Shown here: piece by piece, positions 18,484-27,924 of the stretch
Position numbering within the stretch: position 1 is the first letter of the stretch
Layout: every line of letters begins with the position of its first letter
DNA from: Nitrospinales bacterium
GTDB taxonomy: Bacteria; Nitrospinota; Nitrospinia; Nitrospinales; JAJDAT01
Direction of reading: 5' to 3'
Assembly: GCA_046757665.1 (NCBI GenBank)
Contig: JBHHYO010000001.1
Location: 49,788 to 113,787 of the forward strand
Length of the DNA stretch: 64,000 bases
Made by a program: the position numbers and the translations under genes
Notes under the pieces: generated by a model
Seen by the model: the letters and a program-made list of their open reading frames with translations, nothing else
Told to the model about the DNA's origin: nothing
Databases searched by the model: none

Positions 18484-19233
18484 CTACAACCCGGTGGGAT
18501 AGTCGAGAAACTCGGTCTCGATGCCGAACTGGTCCCGCAAGTGACGGCCCACCGCCAAAACGCCGCCCGTTTCCGTGGCGTAATGGCCCGCCAGAATGAG
18601 CACGCATCCACCCTCGATGGCGTCGTGAAAGTGGTTGTTGGCGCCTTCCCCGGTGATATAGCAATCGAGATTTTCATTGACCGCCTGCTGAATGATATCG
18701 CCGGCGCCGCCGGTGACCAGGCCCAGCGTTTCGACGTCGCCACTGCCGATCACTTTCGCGGGCGCGCCCAGTTTTTCCTCAAGTTCCCGGCCCAGCGTCG
18801 CGGCGGAGCGGCGCGCGATTTTTCCCTTCAAACCGATTTTTATGCCGCCGTACTCGCCGAACGGTTCCCGATTCCGCAAATCCACCTTGTCGGCCAGGGC
18901 CTTGTTGTTTCCCAGGACGGGATGAACATCCAGAGGAATGTGGGCGGAGTACAAGCCGATGTTGGCCCGGATCATGAGCGCCAGCTTTTCGTATAACTTG
19001 CCGCGCACCGGCCGCGCTCCGCCCCAGAACATCCCGTGGTGGACGAAAAGCATGTCGCACTTTTTATCGACCGCCATCCGCAGAGTGGCCAGACAAAGAT
19101 CGACCGCCAACCCGATCCTCCTGACCTCGCCGGTGTTCTCCACTTGTAGCCCGTTGAAGGCGTTCGGCGAATCCTCGATGGAACCGATGTTCAGCAAGCC
19201 GTCCAGATAATGCGAAAGCCGTACGATGTCCAT
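18484..19233 (-). CDS. Nif3-like dinuclear metal centre hexameric protein (YbgI family)
   Basis: NGLQVEN, FVHHGMFW, YSAHIPLDVHPVLGNN, YITGE, GHYATE. Start MDIVRL at 19233. Confidence 0.93.
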   Translation of the reverse strand: MDIVRLSHYLDGLLNIGSIEDSPNAFNGLQVENTGEVRRIGLAVDLCLATLRMAVDKKCDMLFVHHGMFWGGARPVRGKLYEKLALMIRANIGLYSAHIPLDVHPVLGNNKALADKVDLRNREPFGEYGGIKIGLKGKIARRSAATLGRELEEKLGAPAKVIGSGDVETLGLVTGGAGDIIQQAVNENLDCYITGEGANNHFHDAIEGGCVLILAGHYATETGGVLAVGRHLRDQFGIETEFLDYPTGL

Positions 19234-19240
19234 GGCAAAA

Positions 19241-19269
19241 AGTATAACCGAAACCCGCCCCGGTGTCAT
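19241..19269 (-). promoter_or_regulatory. Predicted sigma70-type promoter for nif3 (leaderless)
   Basis: Minus strand reads ATGACA (19269-19264), 17 bp, TATACT (19246-19241), 7 nt, then ATG at 19233. No SD is present. Confidence 0.6.
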
Positions 19270-19343
19270 CGCGAGTCGCCCTGGGCGGCGTGGCGATCCA
19301 GCCTTCTGGATTGCTTCGTCGGCTGAGCCGCCTCGCAATGACA
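19264..19343. repeat. REP/RPE-like palindromic element (GTCATTGCGAG...CTCGCAATGAC type)
   Basis: Outer arms TGTCATCGCGAG / CTCGCAATGACA (one mismatch). Inner arms CGTGGCGATCCAG / CTGGATTGCTTCG. Two small side hairpins. Confidence 0.75.
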
Positions 19344-19674
19344 ATCAACCAAGGATACTTGTGCAAAGGTCTCTCAAGGAAGAAGGTTTAGGAAATTTTT
19401 TCTTCGCGTCCTCCGCGCCTTTGCGGTTCCAGATTTTTCCCGCCAACCGCCAACGGTCAACAGACCCTCTATAAATAGCGTACGGTGCAGGGTCCTCCGG
19501 GCGCAACGCCTTTGAATCCGGCAAGTTGAAAAGACAATGGGGGTAGGTGTTCGCCCGCGGAAAACAGGTCACGGAAAAATTATAACCAAATCCGTTACGG
19601 ACAAAAGTTATTCGCCAATATCTGTGTCTGGTATCATATTGCGTGTTAGAATTACTGACGATTTGTGGGGGAGA

Positions 19675-20877
19675 ATGGCGAGCGAGGATGGAATGATAAG
19701 TCCGGATAAAATTGAGACGTTAATAAAAAAACCCGAATCCGACCGAATCGAAAAGAAAGAATCGCTGTCGGATAAAGATAAAATCCGCCAAACCATTTGT
19801 GCCTTTGCCAACGATTTGCCCAATCATGACAAACCCGGTTATTTGTTGGTCGGCATTTGCGATGACGAGACATTTAGCGGTGTTGAAGTTACGGATAAAA
19901 TTCTGCGGGATTTGTCTGATTTAAGGTCAGACGGCAATATTCTTCCTCCGCCCGTAATTACGGTGGAAAAAGCCAACGCTCAAGGATATGATGTTGCCGT
20001 TGTGGCAGTGCAACCTTCAAGATCACCCCCTGTCCGATGTCGGGGGCGAACCTATGTTCGCGTGGGGCCTACGACTCGTGTTGCCAACGGGGAGGAGGAG
20101 AGGCGTCTCTCGGAAAAAAGGAGGCATAAAAATACTCCCTTTGATCAGCAACCTCAAGAAGAAGCCACATTAGATGATCTGGATTTGGAGTTTTTTAATA
20201 GAACCTATCTTCCTGGCGTTGTGGATCGAGAAGCTTTAAGAGCGAATGAACGTTTAGTTGGAGATAGGTTGATTTCTTGCCGCCTGCTGGCTCCCGATGG
20301 AAGGACTCCGACTATTGCCGGTATACTTATTTTGGGCATTGATCCCAAACGATGGATTCCCGGCGCGTATATCCAGTTTTTGCGTGTGGATGGTTCGGAA
20401 CTTTCCGATCCGATCATTGATTCCAAGGAATTAAGTAGCAACCTGAACTCCCAGGCTTCCCTGGTTGCTGATCTTTTGAAATTAAATATTCACTCCGCCT
20501 CGAACGTGGGGAAGGATTTTCGCAGGCAGGAAACTCTGGATTACCCCGATGAAGCATTGAGAGAGCTTGTTTTTAATGCCCTGATTCATCGAACTTATGA
20601 AGGAACCAACGCGCCAGTCAGAATAAGCTGGTTCGACGATAGGATAGAGATAACAAGTCCAGGTGGATTGTTCGGGAACGTCACTCCGGAAAATTTCGGG
20701 CAATTCACCGATTATCGAAACCCCACTATTGCGGAAGCCATGAGAGCCTTGGGATATGTTGAAAAATTTGGTGTTGGAGTCCAAAGGGCGAGAAAGCTTC
20801 TGGAAAAAAACGGCAATCCTCCGCCGGATTTTAACTTTGACGAGCAGGCATTTGTCCTGGTTACCGTAAAAAAGTGA
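19675..20877 (+). CDS. Schlafen/AlbA_2 domain plus HATPase_c_4 (RecG-C-like) domain protein
   Basis: ESDRIEKKES, ICAFAN and GYLLVGICDD (AlbA_2). YPDEALRELVFNALIHR, IEITSPGGL, YRNPTIA and VEKFGVGV (HATPase_c_4). Start at 19675 or 19693. Confidence 0.88.
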   Translation: MASEDGMISPDKIETLIKKPESDRIEKKESLSDKDKIRQTICAFANDLPNHDKPGYLLVGICDDETFSGVEVTDKILRDLSDLRSDGNILPPPVITVEKANAQGYDVAVVAVQPSRSPPVRCRGRTYVRVGPTTRVANGEEERRLSEKRRHKNTPFDQQPQEEATLDDLDLEFFNRTYLPGVVDREALRANERLVGDRLISCRLLAPDGRTPTIAGILILGIDPKRWIPGAYIQFLRVDGSELSDPIIDSKELSSNLNSQASLVADLLKLNIHSASNVGKDFRRQETLDYPDEALRELVFNALIHRTYEGTNAPVRISWFDDRIEITSPGGLFGNVTPENFGQFTDYRNPTIAEAMRALGYVEKFGVGVQRARKLLEKNGNPPPDFNFDEQAFVLVTVKK

Positions 20878-21878
20878 TCATGAAAACACTGGTTTTGTTC
20901 AACAATAAGGGAGGGGTGGGAAAAACCACGCTGGTCTATCATCTGGCGCATATGTTTTCCCGGATGGATTTCAGAACCTTGGCTGTCGATTTGGATCCCC
21001 AAGCCAATCTTACCAGTGCTTTTCTGGATGAGGACCGCGTGGAAGAGTTATGGGATCCCGACGATGGCGGGGATACCATCTTGGGTTGCCTTAACCCGAT
21101 CCTCGTCGGAGAGGGTGGGGTTGCGGAGCCGTCCTTGGAAGAAATTCGCGATAGGCTTTGGATACTTCCTGGTCATTTGGGGTTAAGCCGGTTTGAAGAT
21201 AAGCTTTCGGAAAGTTGGCCTAAAGTTTATAACGAAGATATTGCGGCTCTTAAAACGACGACGGCTTTTTATCGAATTATCCTTAAAGCAAGTAAGCAGG
21301 TCAATGCGGATGTGACTCTGATTGATGTCGGGCCAAACCTTGGCGCCATTAATCGGTCCGCAATCTTGGCCGCCGATTATCTTCTTGTGCCCTTGGCCGC
21401 CGACCTTTTTTCGCTTCAGGGTCTTAGGAACTTAGGACCCACCGTTCGAAAATGGAGAAGTCAGTGGCAAGACATGAAAGAAAAAGTTCCCGATGAAATT
21501 GAAATACCATCAGGGACAATGAAACCCATCGGTTATCTTGTGGTCCAGCATGAGGTTCGCAAGGATCGTCCGGTAAAAGCTTTTCTCCGCTGGGCGGATC
21601 GAATCCCTGGCGTTTACTCAAAGGATGTTTTGAGTGAGAAAGATTCACGATCAAGTATTGCTGAAGATCCCAATTGTCTCATTCAACTAAAAAACTTCAA
21701 AAGTTTGATGCCAATGGCTCAAGATGCCCGCAAACCCATGTTTGAACTTAAAAGCGCCGATGGAGCCATTGGCGGTCATGTCCGATTTGTTGCCGACTGT
21801 TATGATGAATTTGAAAAATTGGCCAGGAAAGTGTTGCAAAAAATCGGCTTGGAAATTTGTCAGCCGAAAGAGCCTTAG
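20874..21878 (+). CDS. ParA/Soj-family P-loop ATPase (orphan, no parB)
   Basis: Deviant Walker A FNNKGGVGKTT, VDLDPQANLT, LIDVGPNLGAINRS. GTG overlaps the upstream stop (GTGA); alternative ATG at 20880. Confidence 0.9.
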   Translation: MIMKTLVLFNNKGGVGKTTLVYHLAHMFSRMDFRTLAVDLDPQANLTSAFLDEDRVEELWDPDDGGDTILGCLNPILVGEGGVAEPSLEEIRDRLWILPGHLGLSRFEDKLSESWPKVYNEDIAALKTTTAFYRIILKASKQVNADVTLIDVGPNLGAINRSAILAADYLLVPLAADLFSLQGLRNLGPTVRKWRSQWQDMKEKVPDEIEIPSGTMKPIGYLVVQHEVRKDRPVKAFLRWADRIPGVYSKDVLSEKDSRSSIAEDPNCLIQLKNFKSLMPMAQDARKPMFELKSADGAIGGHVRFVADCYDEFEKLARKVLQKIGLEICQPKEP

Positions 21879-21926
21879 TCCCGATTTCAAGGAAGATGAG
21901 ATTTTGGCACATGCTTTTTGGTTACG

Positions 21927-24305
21927 TCAGAACTCGACGAGGGTGACGCCGTCGCCGCCTTCGCCGGGCGGGCCGGGGGTGACGCTTTTGCCGATGCCGC
22001 CGCTTTCCAGATAGTCGCGGACGAATTTCTTGATGGCTCCCGTGCCGTGGCCGTGGATGATTTTGACTTGCCCCATGTTGTTGAGCATGGCCTGATCGAT
22101 AAAGGATTCCAGGGCGCGTTTTGCCTCGTCCATCCTCATGCCGCGCAAATCGCAGGTATGTGATTGCGGCGGCGTGGATTCCACGGTCAGGTTGATCGTC
22201 GGTTTTGCCGGTTTGGGCGCGGGAGGGGTTTTGCCGTCGCCGGCGCGGCCGCGCAGGCGTTGGGTCTCGACGCGGGTTTCCAGGTTGCCGAGTTTGACGA
22301 GAACCTTCTTTTTGCCCTGCGGGTTTTCCAGAAGTTTGCCGCGCGCGCCGTAGGTATCGACGACGACGTCCTCGCCCTCCCGGAGTTTGTCGGCGGGAAC
22401 GTTCCATTCGGAAAGGTCGGGCCGGACGGCGGCCGGCGGGACGCGGCCCAGCGAACGAACCTGCCGGTCCGCCGCGCGGATTTTTTCCGGATCGCGGGCT
22501 CCCTTGATGTCGCGCAGTATTTTGTGGATCGTGTTCCGAGCGTCACGGACGGTTCCCTGAAGCCGCTTGGCTTTGTTCTTTTGAAACTCCAGTTCCCGGT
22601 CGCGCAGGTTTTGCGTCAGGGTTTGCTGTTCTTCCTTGAGTCGTTGCGTTTCTGCGAGCCGTTCGGCAAGCGATGCCTTTTCTTTCTCCAGGCGCAGTTT
22701 TTGATGGCGCAGGGATTGCAGAAGCGCGTCGGCGCGGGTGTCCTTCTCATCGTAAATGTTGCGGGCTCTGGCGATGATCTCGTGGCTCAGGCCCAGCCGT
22801 TCGGCGGTTTCCAGGGCGGCGCTACCGCCGGGCACGCCGAAGATCAGCTTGTAAGTGGGTTGCAGGGAGTCCCGGTCAAACTCGGTGCAGGCGTTGAGAA
22901 ACCCTTCCTGGGTTTGCGCCAGGGTTTTGAGCGCCAGAAAATGCGTGGACACCAGCGTCATCATGCCCTTGCGTTTCAATTCCAGGAGAATGGCCTCGGC
23001 CAGCGCCGCGCCCTGCAAGGGGTCCGTGGCGATTCCCAACTCGTCGAGCAGGACGAGTGAGCCGGGCGGGGCGTGGGTGAGGATGCTGACGATTTTGCCG
23101 AGATGCGCGGAAAAGGTCGAAAGGCTTTGCTGGATGTTTTGTTCGTCGCCGATGTCCGCGTAGACCCGCGGGAAGAATCCGATTTCGGAATCCTCGTCCA
23201 GCGGCAGGAGGAGACCGGCGCGCGCCATGAGCGCCATCAATCCCACGGTTTTCAGGGTGACCGTTTTGCCGCCGGTGTTGGGTCCGGAAATGATGATGAC
23301 GCGGCAGGCGTCGTCCCAGCAAATATCGTTGGCCACCACGTCTTGTCCGTTGAGAAGCAGTTCCGGGTTTCTTGCCCCTTTCAAGCGGACCCGGCACTCG
23401 CGGCTGAACGTGAACCGCCGGGCTTGCAGGGTTTTTGCCAGCCGGCGTTTGGCGTGAATGAGGTCGAGGTTGACGAGGACGGCGAAATCGGCGAGCAACG
23501 GCCGGCTGTGTTCCACCGCCGTCCGCGCCAGATGGCGCAGGATTCTCAGTTTTTCCTGCTCGACCTTGATGCGGTTGATTTTCAATTGGTTGTTCAGGGG
23601 GATCACTTTCGTGGGTTCCATGTAAAAGGTGGCGCCGCTTCCGGAACTGTCGTGGACGATGCCGTCAATCCGGCCCTTGTATTCCGAGCGGACGGGAAAG
23701 ACCAGCCGTCCCTCCCGCTCGGTGGTGTAGGAATCCTGGATGGCGTCCTTGAATTCGGGGCTTCCCAGCAGTTTGTTGACGGACTTGTCCCGTTTGTCCT
23801 TGGCCTCGCGGACGGCGCGCACCGCTTGTTTCAGTTCCGGGGAAGCGGTGTCTTTTATTTCGCTTTCGTCGCTGATGCAACGTTCCAGTTCCTTGAGAAA
23901 ATCGGGCAGGAGGGTCAGGCGGGCGGCGTAGTCGCCGAGCAGGCCGGAGCGTTTGGCGAAAAAACTTTTTATCGATTTCGCCAGGCGCAGGAATTTCAGG
24001 ATGTGTAGCGCTTGCTCCGGCTCGAGGATTCCCCGGGCGGCGGCGTCATCGAGAAGCGGGCGGATGTCCTCGAAGGCGCAGAGCGGCGGGGTTTCCGCCG
24101 CTTCATCCAGCGCGGTCATCTCTTCGGTCTCGCGCAGGGCTTTTTGGGCGCCGTCGAAATCGGGTTCGGGGCGGAGGTCAAGGCATCGGTCCCGGGTGGC
24201 CGGCGAATAGGCCAGACCGGCAAGCGCATTGCGGATGATGTCCCAGCCGAGCAGGGCCGTGGATTTCTCCAGCAATTGGCCGTGGTCCGGCGGGGATGGC
24301 ATCAT
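21927..24305 (-). CDS. mutS2: MutS2 endonuclease / ribosome collision factor
   Basis: SGPNTGGKT, ADIGDEQNIQQSLSTFSAH, LLDELG, and C-terminal Smr domain DLRGM...IIHGHGTG. Confidence 0.95.
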   Translation of the reverse strand: MMPSPPDHGQLLEKSTALLGWDIIRNALAGLAYSPATRDRCLDLRPEPDFDGAQKALRETEEMTALDEAAETPPLCAFEDIRPLLDDAAARGILEPEQALHILKFLRLAKSIKSFFAKRSGLLGDYAARLTLLPDFLKELERCISDESEIKDTASPELKQAVRAVREAKDKRDKSVNKLLGSPEFKDAIQDSYTTEREGRLVFPVRSEYKGRIDGIVHDSSGSGATFYMEPTKVIPLNNQLKINRIKVEQEKLRILRHLARTAVEHSRPLLADFAVLVNLDLIHAKRRLAKTLQARRFTFSRECRVRLKGARNPELLLNGQDVVANDICWDDACRVIIISGPNTGGKTVTLKTVGLMALMARAGLLLPLDEDSEIGFFPRVYADIGDEQNIQQSLSTFSAHLGKIVSILTHAPPGSLVLLDELGIATDPLQGAALAEAILLELKRKGMMTLVSTHFLALKTLAQTQEGFLNACTEFDRDSLQPTYKLIFGVPGGSAALETAERLGLSHEIIARARNIYDEKDTRADALLQSLRHQKLRLEKEKASLAERLAETQRLKEEQQTLTQNLRDRELEFQKNKAKRLQGTVRDARNTIHKILRDIKGARDPEKIRAADRQVRSLGRVPPAAVRPDLSEWNVPADKLREGEDVVVDTYGARGKLLENPQGKKKVLVKLGNLETRVETQRLRGRAGDGKTPPAPKPAKPTINLTVESTPPQSHTCDLRGMRMDEAKRALESFIDQAMLNNMGQVKIIHGHGTGAIKKFVRDYLESGGIGKSVTPGPPGEGGDGVTLVEF

Positions 24306-25639
24306 GGCATCCGCAGGCCGGCGACAGGTTCCTCCAGGGAAACCTCCACCATGGCGTCGAAGAGCAGGCCGGGGTCGCGGCGGGTTTTAAATCCCCTCAG
24401 CAATACTCCCATGTCCCGATCCACTTTTTGGTCGAAGCTGATTTGCGTTTCACCAGGCACCAACCGGTTGCCCCGGTCGATAATCCGTCGGGTGGTGATG
24501 CGCACCGGAAGGTCGAAATCCACCATGCCGGAATTGAGATAGACTTGATAGCGGGTGACGTTTTTTCCCAGGATTTCGATGCGGTTGCCGCCTTTTTGCA
24601 ACGCAAACAGAGTGGCGATTTTGCCGTCGCGGACGTTCAGGGGCTCATTTTCCGGCCCGGGAAGTTGCAGGGCGGCGAGATTCACTCCCGCCGTGATGCG
24701 AGCCCATTGAATGGCGTCCAGGTGGTTGCCCTCGCGGGTCATGCGGACGATTTTGGGATTGTGCCGGCGTTTTTGCTGATTCAGCCATTGTAGCAAGCGG
24801 GGCACCTCCGGCGCGGGCAGAAAATGGCCTCCATGCGCCGTTCCCGTTTCTTGGTGCTCCCGGTAAACTACGGAATATTTCAGGTCGGATAAAATTTTGT
24901 GCACGCGGCGTTGATAGGTGACCGGGAAGACGGGGTCCCTTGCCCCATGGATAATGTAGACGGGGGTGTTGTTCAGGTTGACCAGGAAGGGCATCAGTCT
25001 TTCGGTGATGGTTCCGGCGATGGGAACAATGCCCGCGAAGCGGTCGGGATAAAACATGCCGATCATGAACGTGCCGATGGCGCCGTTGGACAGTCCGGCG
25101 AGGAAGACGCGGTCGCCGTCCACGGGGTAATCCGATTTTGTTTTTTGGATCAATTGTAGTACGATTTCTTCAGCCGGCCGCGCCCACCATGCGCCCATCG
25201 GGTAGGAAGGGCACAGGATGATGAATTTGTTTTGCAACCGCTCGACCCATTTCCCGATTGTGGAATCCCCCGTGCCGCCCATGCCGTGCAGAATCACGAT
25301 CATGGGGAAATTCTCATCCGCGCCGCCCGAAGGCGGGGAAAACAGGGCGTAAGGATAGTTCTTGCCGTTGTGTTCGATGGTGAGGCCGGCTTGCAGTCCG
25401 GACGGAGCGCCGGCGCCATGAGGGCGCTTCCGCAACAGTTCTTTTACGTCTTCATTTCTAATACCATGTTGTTCCAACCTGCTTAACACCCGCGATTCCA
25501 CTTCCGGGTTCTCCGCCGATAAAAAAAGGTCGATCTCGGCCTTCAGGGAGTACGGCGCGGGCGTCGGTATTTCCGGCGCTTTCCCCGAATGGCACGCACC
25601 GATCAGGAAGAAAAAAATCAATGAAACAAGCAGTCTCAT
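24302..25639 (-). CDS. Predicted lipoprotein alpha/beta hydrolase (carboxylesterase/peptidase-like)
   Basis: Lipobox-like FLIGAC, VILHGMGG, nucleophile elbow GLSNG, IIHGARD, HGGH. ATGA overlap with mutS2. Confidence 0.8.
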   Translation of the reverse strand: MRLLVSLIFFFLIGACHSGKAPEIPTPAPYSLKAEIDLFLSAENPEVESRVLSRLEQHGIRNEDVKELLRKRPHGAGAPSGLQAGLTIEHNGKNYPYALFSPPSGGADENFPMIVILHGMGGTGDSTIGKWVERLQNKFIILCPSYPMGAWWARPAEEIVLQLIQKTKSDYPVDGDRVFLAGLSNGAIGTFMIGMFYPDRFAGIVPIAGTITERLMPFLVNLNNTPVYIIHGARDPVFPVTYQRRVHKILSDLKYSVVYREHQETGTAHGGHFLPAPEVPRLLQWLNQQKRRHNPKIVRMTREGNHLDAIQWARITAGVNLAALQLPGPENEPLNVRDGKIATLFALQKGGNRIEILGKNVTRYQVYLNSGMVDFDLPVRITTRRIIDRGNRLVPGETQISFDQKVDRDMGVLLRGFKTRRDPGLLFDAMVEVSLEEPVAGLRMP

Positions 25640-25683
25640 ATCTCCAACATAGTGGAATAACCCCTTAATGTAAAGGAGACGGA

Positions 25684-27924
25684 TTGAAAATGCCCGCCAA
25701 GTTCAGAGAGCATTCGACCGCCTTCGCCGTTTATATTTTTCTCGGCCTCCTGTTCTTCAGGGAAGTGGTTTTTCGCACCCAATGGTTCACGGAAGATTTT
25801 TTCATGCAGAATTTTCCCAGCCGGCATTTTGCGGCGGTGGAAATCAGCCGGGGTTCGGTGCCCTTGTGGAATCCGTACGTCTTCAGCGGCATGCCTTTTT
25901 TTGCCGACATACAAACCGCCGTCCTTTATCCGTTCAATCTTTTGATGTCGCTGGGGGTCGGGGAGGGAGGGCTTTCTTACGCCCTGTTTGAATATCAGGT
26001 GATCTTTCATTTCAGCCTCTGCGGTTATTTCATGTACCTGTTTTTGCGGAGTCTGGACCTGGACGCATGTAGTGCGTTGCTGGGCGGGATGGCGTTTGCG
26101 TTCAGCGGATTTTTCATCAATCATGCGCATCATTCCAACCTGATTCATTCGGCGGTTTGGTTGCCCGCGGTTTTCTATTGTTGCCGGCGGACGTTCACGG
26201 GTGCGCCGGGCTGGATATGGGGTTGCCCGGTTCTGTGGACGGTTTCTTTTTTCGGCGGCCATCCGCAGATGACGCTTTTTATTATCTATGCGTCCTCCGC
26301 CTATTATTTTTACCTGGCCGCCTGTCGGCGCGAACAAAGGGAACTGAAGCTGTCGCTGTGCCGCTTTGCGCTCGTTGCCGGTTTATTTGTTTTGCTGTCG
26401 CTTGTCCAGACACTGCCGACGATGGAATTTTTACAGCAGACCGGCCGGAAGACATTGGACTTTGCCGGAGCGACCAAGGACTCGCTTCCCTTGAAAGCGT
26501 TGTGGACGTTGTTTATGCCCGATCTCTTCTTGCCGTCTTACCAGTCCTGGCAGTACTGGGAGTTTCGGTGTTACGCCGGTGTCGGTGTGTTGATGGCGGC
26601 GGCGCTGGGAGTGTCGGTTCGGCCTCTCAAGAAAACAGTGTTCTTTCAAGGGCTGGCGGCGCTTGCCCTGGTTCTTGCCTTGGGAGAAAACACGGCGGCG
26701 TACAAGGCGTTTTTTACGCTGGTGCCCGGATTCGAGTTTTTCCGGGTGCCGGCGCGGTTTGTCTTTTTGTTCCTGTTTGCCGTGTCCGTTCTGGCGGCTT
26801 ACGGATTTTCCGCGTTGTTCGGCGCGCAGTCGGGCGATGCCGCTTTCGGGAAAACAAGTATTGCAAAGCGGCTTGCCTGCATCGCGGGCCTGTTCCTGTT
26901 GGCGGCGCCCGCGGCGGTTTTCGTTGCCGGCGACGCCGCCGCGTGGCGGCCGCATTTCTTGACCTATCTTGGCGTTGCCGCCGCCATGCTTGCGGCATTT
27001 TCGCTGGCGCTTCAATACCGCGCGGGACGCGCCATAAAATTTGTCGTTATGGCGTTGATTGTCGCCGACCTCTTTGCTTTTCGCGGCCCGTTCAACCAAA
27101 CCCGGCTGACGGAAAATCAAATGCACGCCATGATTTACGAAAACCCCGTCGCCGGGATATTGAGGGGCCAGGAGAAAGGCACCCGGTTCCTCGTCAAAAA
27201 CGGGTTTCCTGTATTTGCCAACATGGGCCAGGTATACAGGATGTCCAACACGTCGGGTTACAACCCTTTTCGGTTGAAGGGGTACGCGACGCTGAATCTG
27301 GACAAACCGCAAATCGCCAACTTGTTGAGTACGAAATTTCTCGACTTCAAATCCCTGGAACCCCCTCTGGAAAGCAAAAACCATGGCGAAGCGCGCCAGG
27401 TGCGGCTGGGGTTCAGGATCAACAAGGACGCACTGCCGCGCGGTTTTTTCGTCCGCCGCTCCGCCTTCGCCCCTGATTTTAATCTGCAACGGGCGGTCGA
27501 CAAGGGGGAATTTGATCCGCTGGATACCGTTTATCTGGAAAAAAAATTTCCAAACGCCAGGGATGAAACTTCCCCTGCGAAGGGTGTGGAATCCTCTCTC
27601 CTGCGATACGAAAATTCCGGAGACGAAATTTTGATCGATATGAAAAACAATTTGCCGGGTTTTATTTTTGTGTCCGAGGTTTATTATCCGGGTTGGCGGG
27701 TTTATGTGAATGGTCAAGAGAAGGAGGTCCTGCGGGCCAACGGGCTTTTCCGGGCGGTGCGTATTGAGGCGTCCCCCGGCGGAGCGTTGCCGAACCGGAT
27801 CAAATTCGTTTTTCAACCCCGGTCGGTTGTTCTGGGCGCGTGGGTTTCCGCGGCGGCCTTTGCCCTGACGCTCCTGGTTTTTGCGATCTCCTTTTTTAGG
27901 AAACGGTCAGCCCGTGAACCCTGA
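25684..27924 (+). CDS. YfhO-family (GT-C fold) membrane protein
   Basis: PLWNPYVFSGMPFFAD, multiple TM segments, GGHPQ, FRVPARF, SEVYYPGWRVYVNG...RANGLFRAV. Confidence 0.87.
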   Translation: MKMPAKFREHSTAFAVYIFLGLLFFREVVFRTQWFTEDFFMQNFPSRHFAAVEISRGSVPLWNPYVFSGMPFFADIQTAVLYPFNLLMSLGVGEGGLSYALFEYQVIFHFSLCGYFMYLFLRSLDLDACSALLGGMAFAFSGFFINHAHHSNLIHSAVWLPAVFYCCRRTFTGAPGWIWGCPVLWTVSFFGGHPQMTLFIIYASSAYYFYLAACRREQRELKLSLCRFALVAGLFVLLSLVQTLPTMEFLQQTGRKTLDFAGATKDSLPLKALWTLFMPDLFLPSYQSWQYWEFRCYAGVGVLMAAALGVSVRPLKKTVFFQGLAALALVLALGENTAAYKAFFTLVPGFEFFRVPARFVFLFLFAVSVLAAYGFSALFGAQSGDAAFGKTSIAKRLACIAGLFLLAAPAAVFVAGDAAAWRPHFLTYLGVAAAMLAAFSLALQYRAGRAIKFVVMALIVADLFAFRGPFNQTRLTENQMHAMIYENPVAGILRGQEKGTRFLVKNGFPVFANMGQVYRMSNTSGYNPFRLKGYATLNLDKPQIANLLSTKFLDFKSLEPPLESKNHGEARQVRLGFRINKDALPRGFFVRRSAFAPDFNLQRAVDKGEFDPLDTVYLEKKFPNARDETSPAKGVESSLLRYENSGDEILIDMKNNLPGFIFVSEVYYPGWRVYVNGQEKEVLRANGLFRAVRIEASPGGALPNRIKFVFQPRSVVLGAWVSAAAFALTLLVFAISFFRKRSAREP

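Noticed and set aside
19345-19572. 75-aa minus-strand ORF in the repeat-rich spacer
   Set aside because: It runs through repeat remnants with no SD or recognisable domain. It may be a gene fragment, but I cannot support that.
21905-21922. TGGCAC sigma54-like motif after parA
   Set aside because: There is no GC at the -12 position, and it lies between convergent genes.
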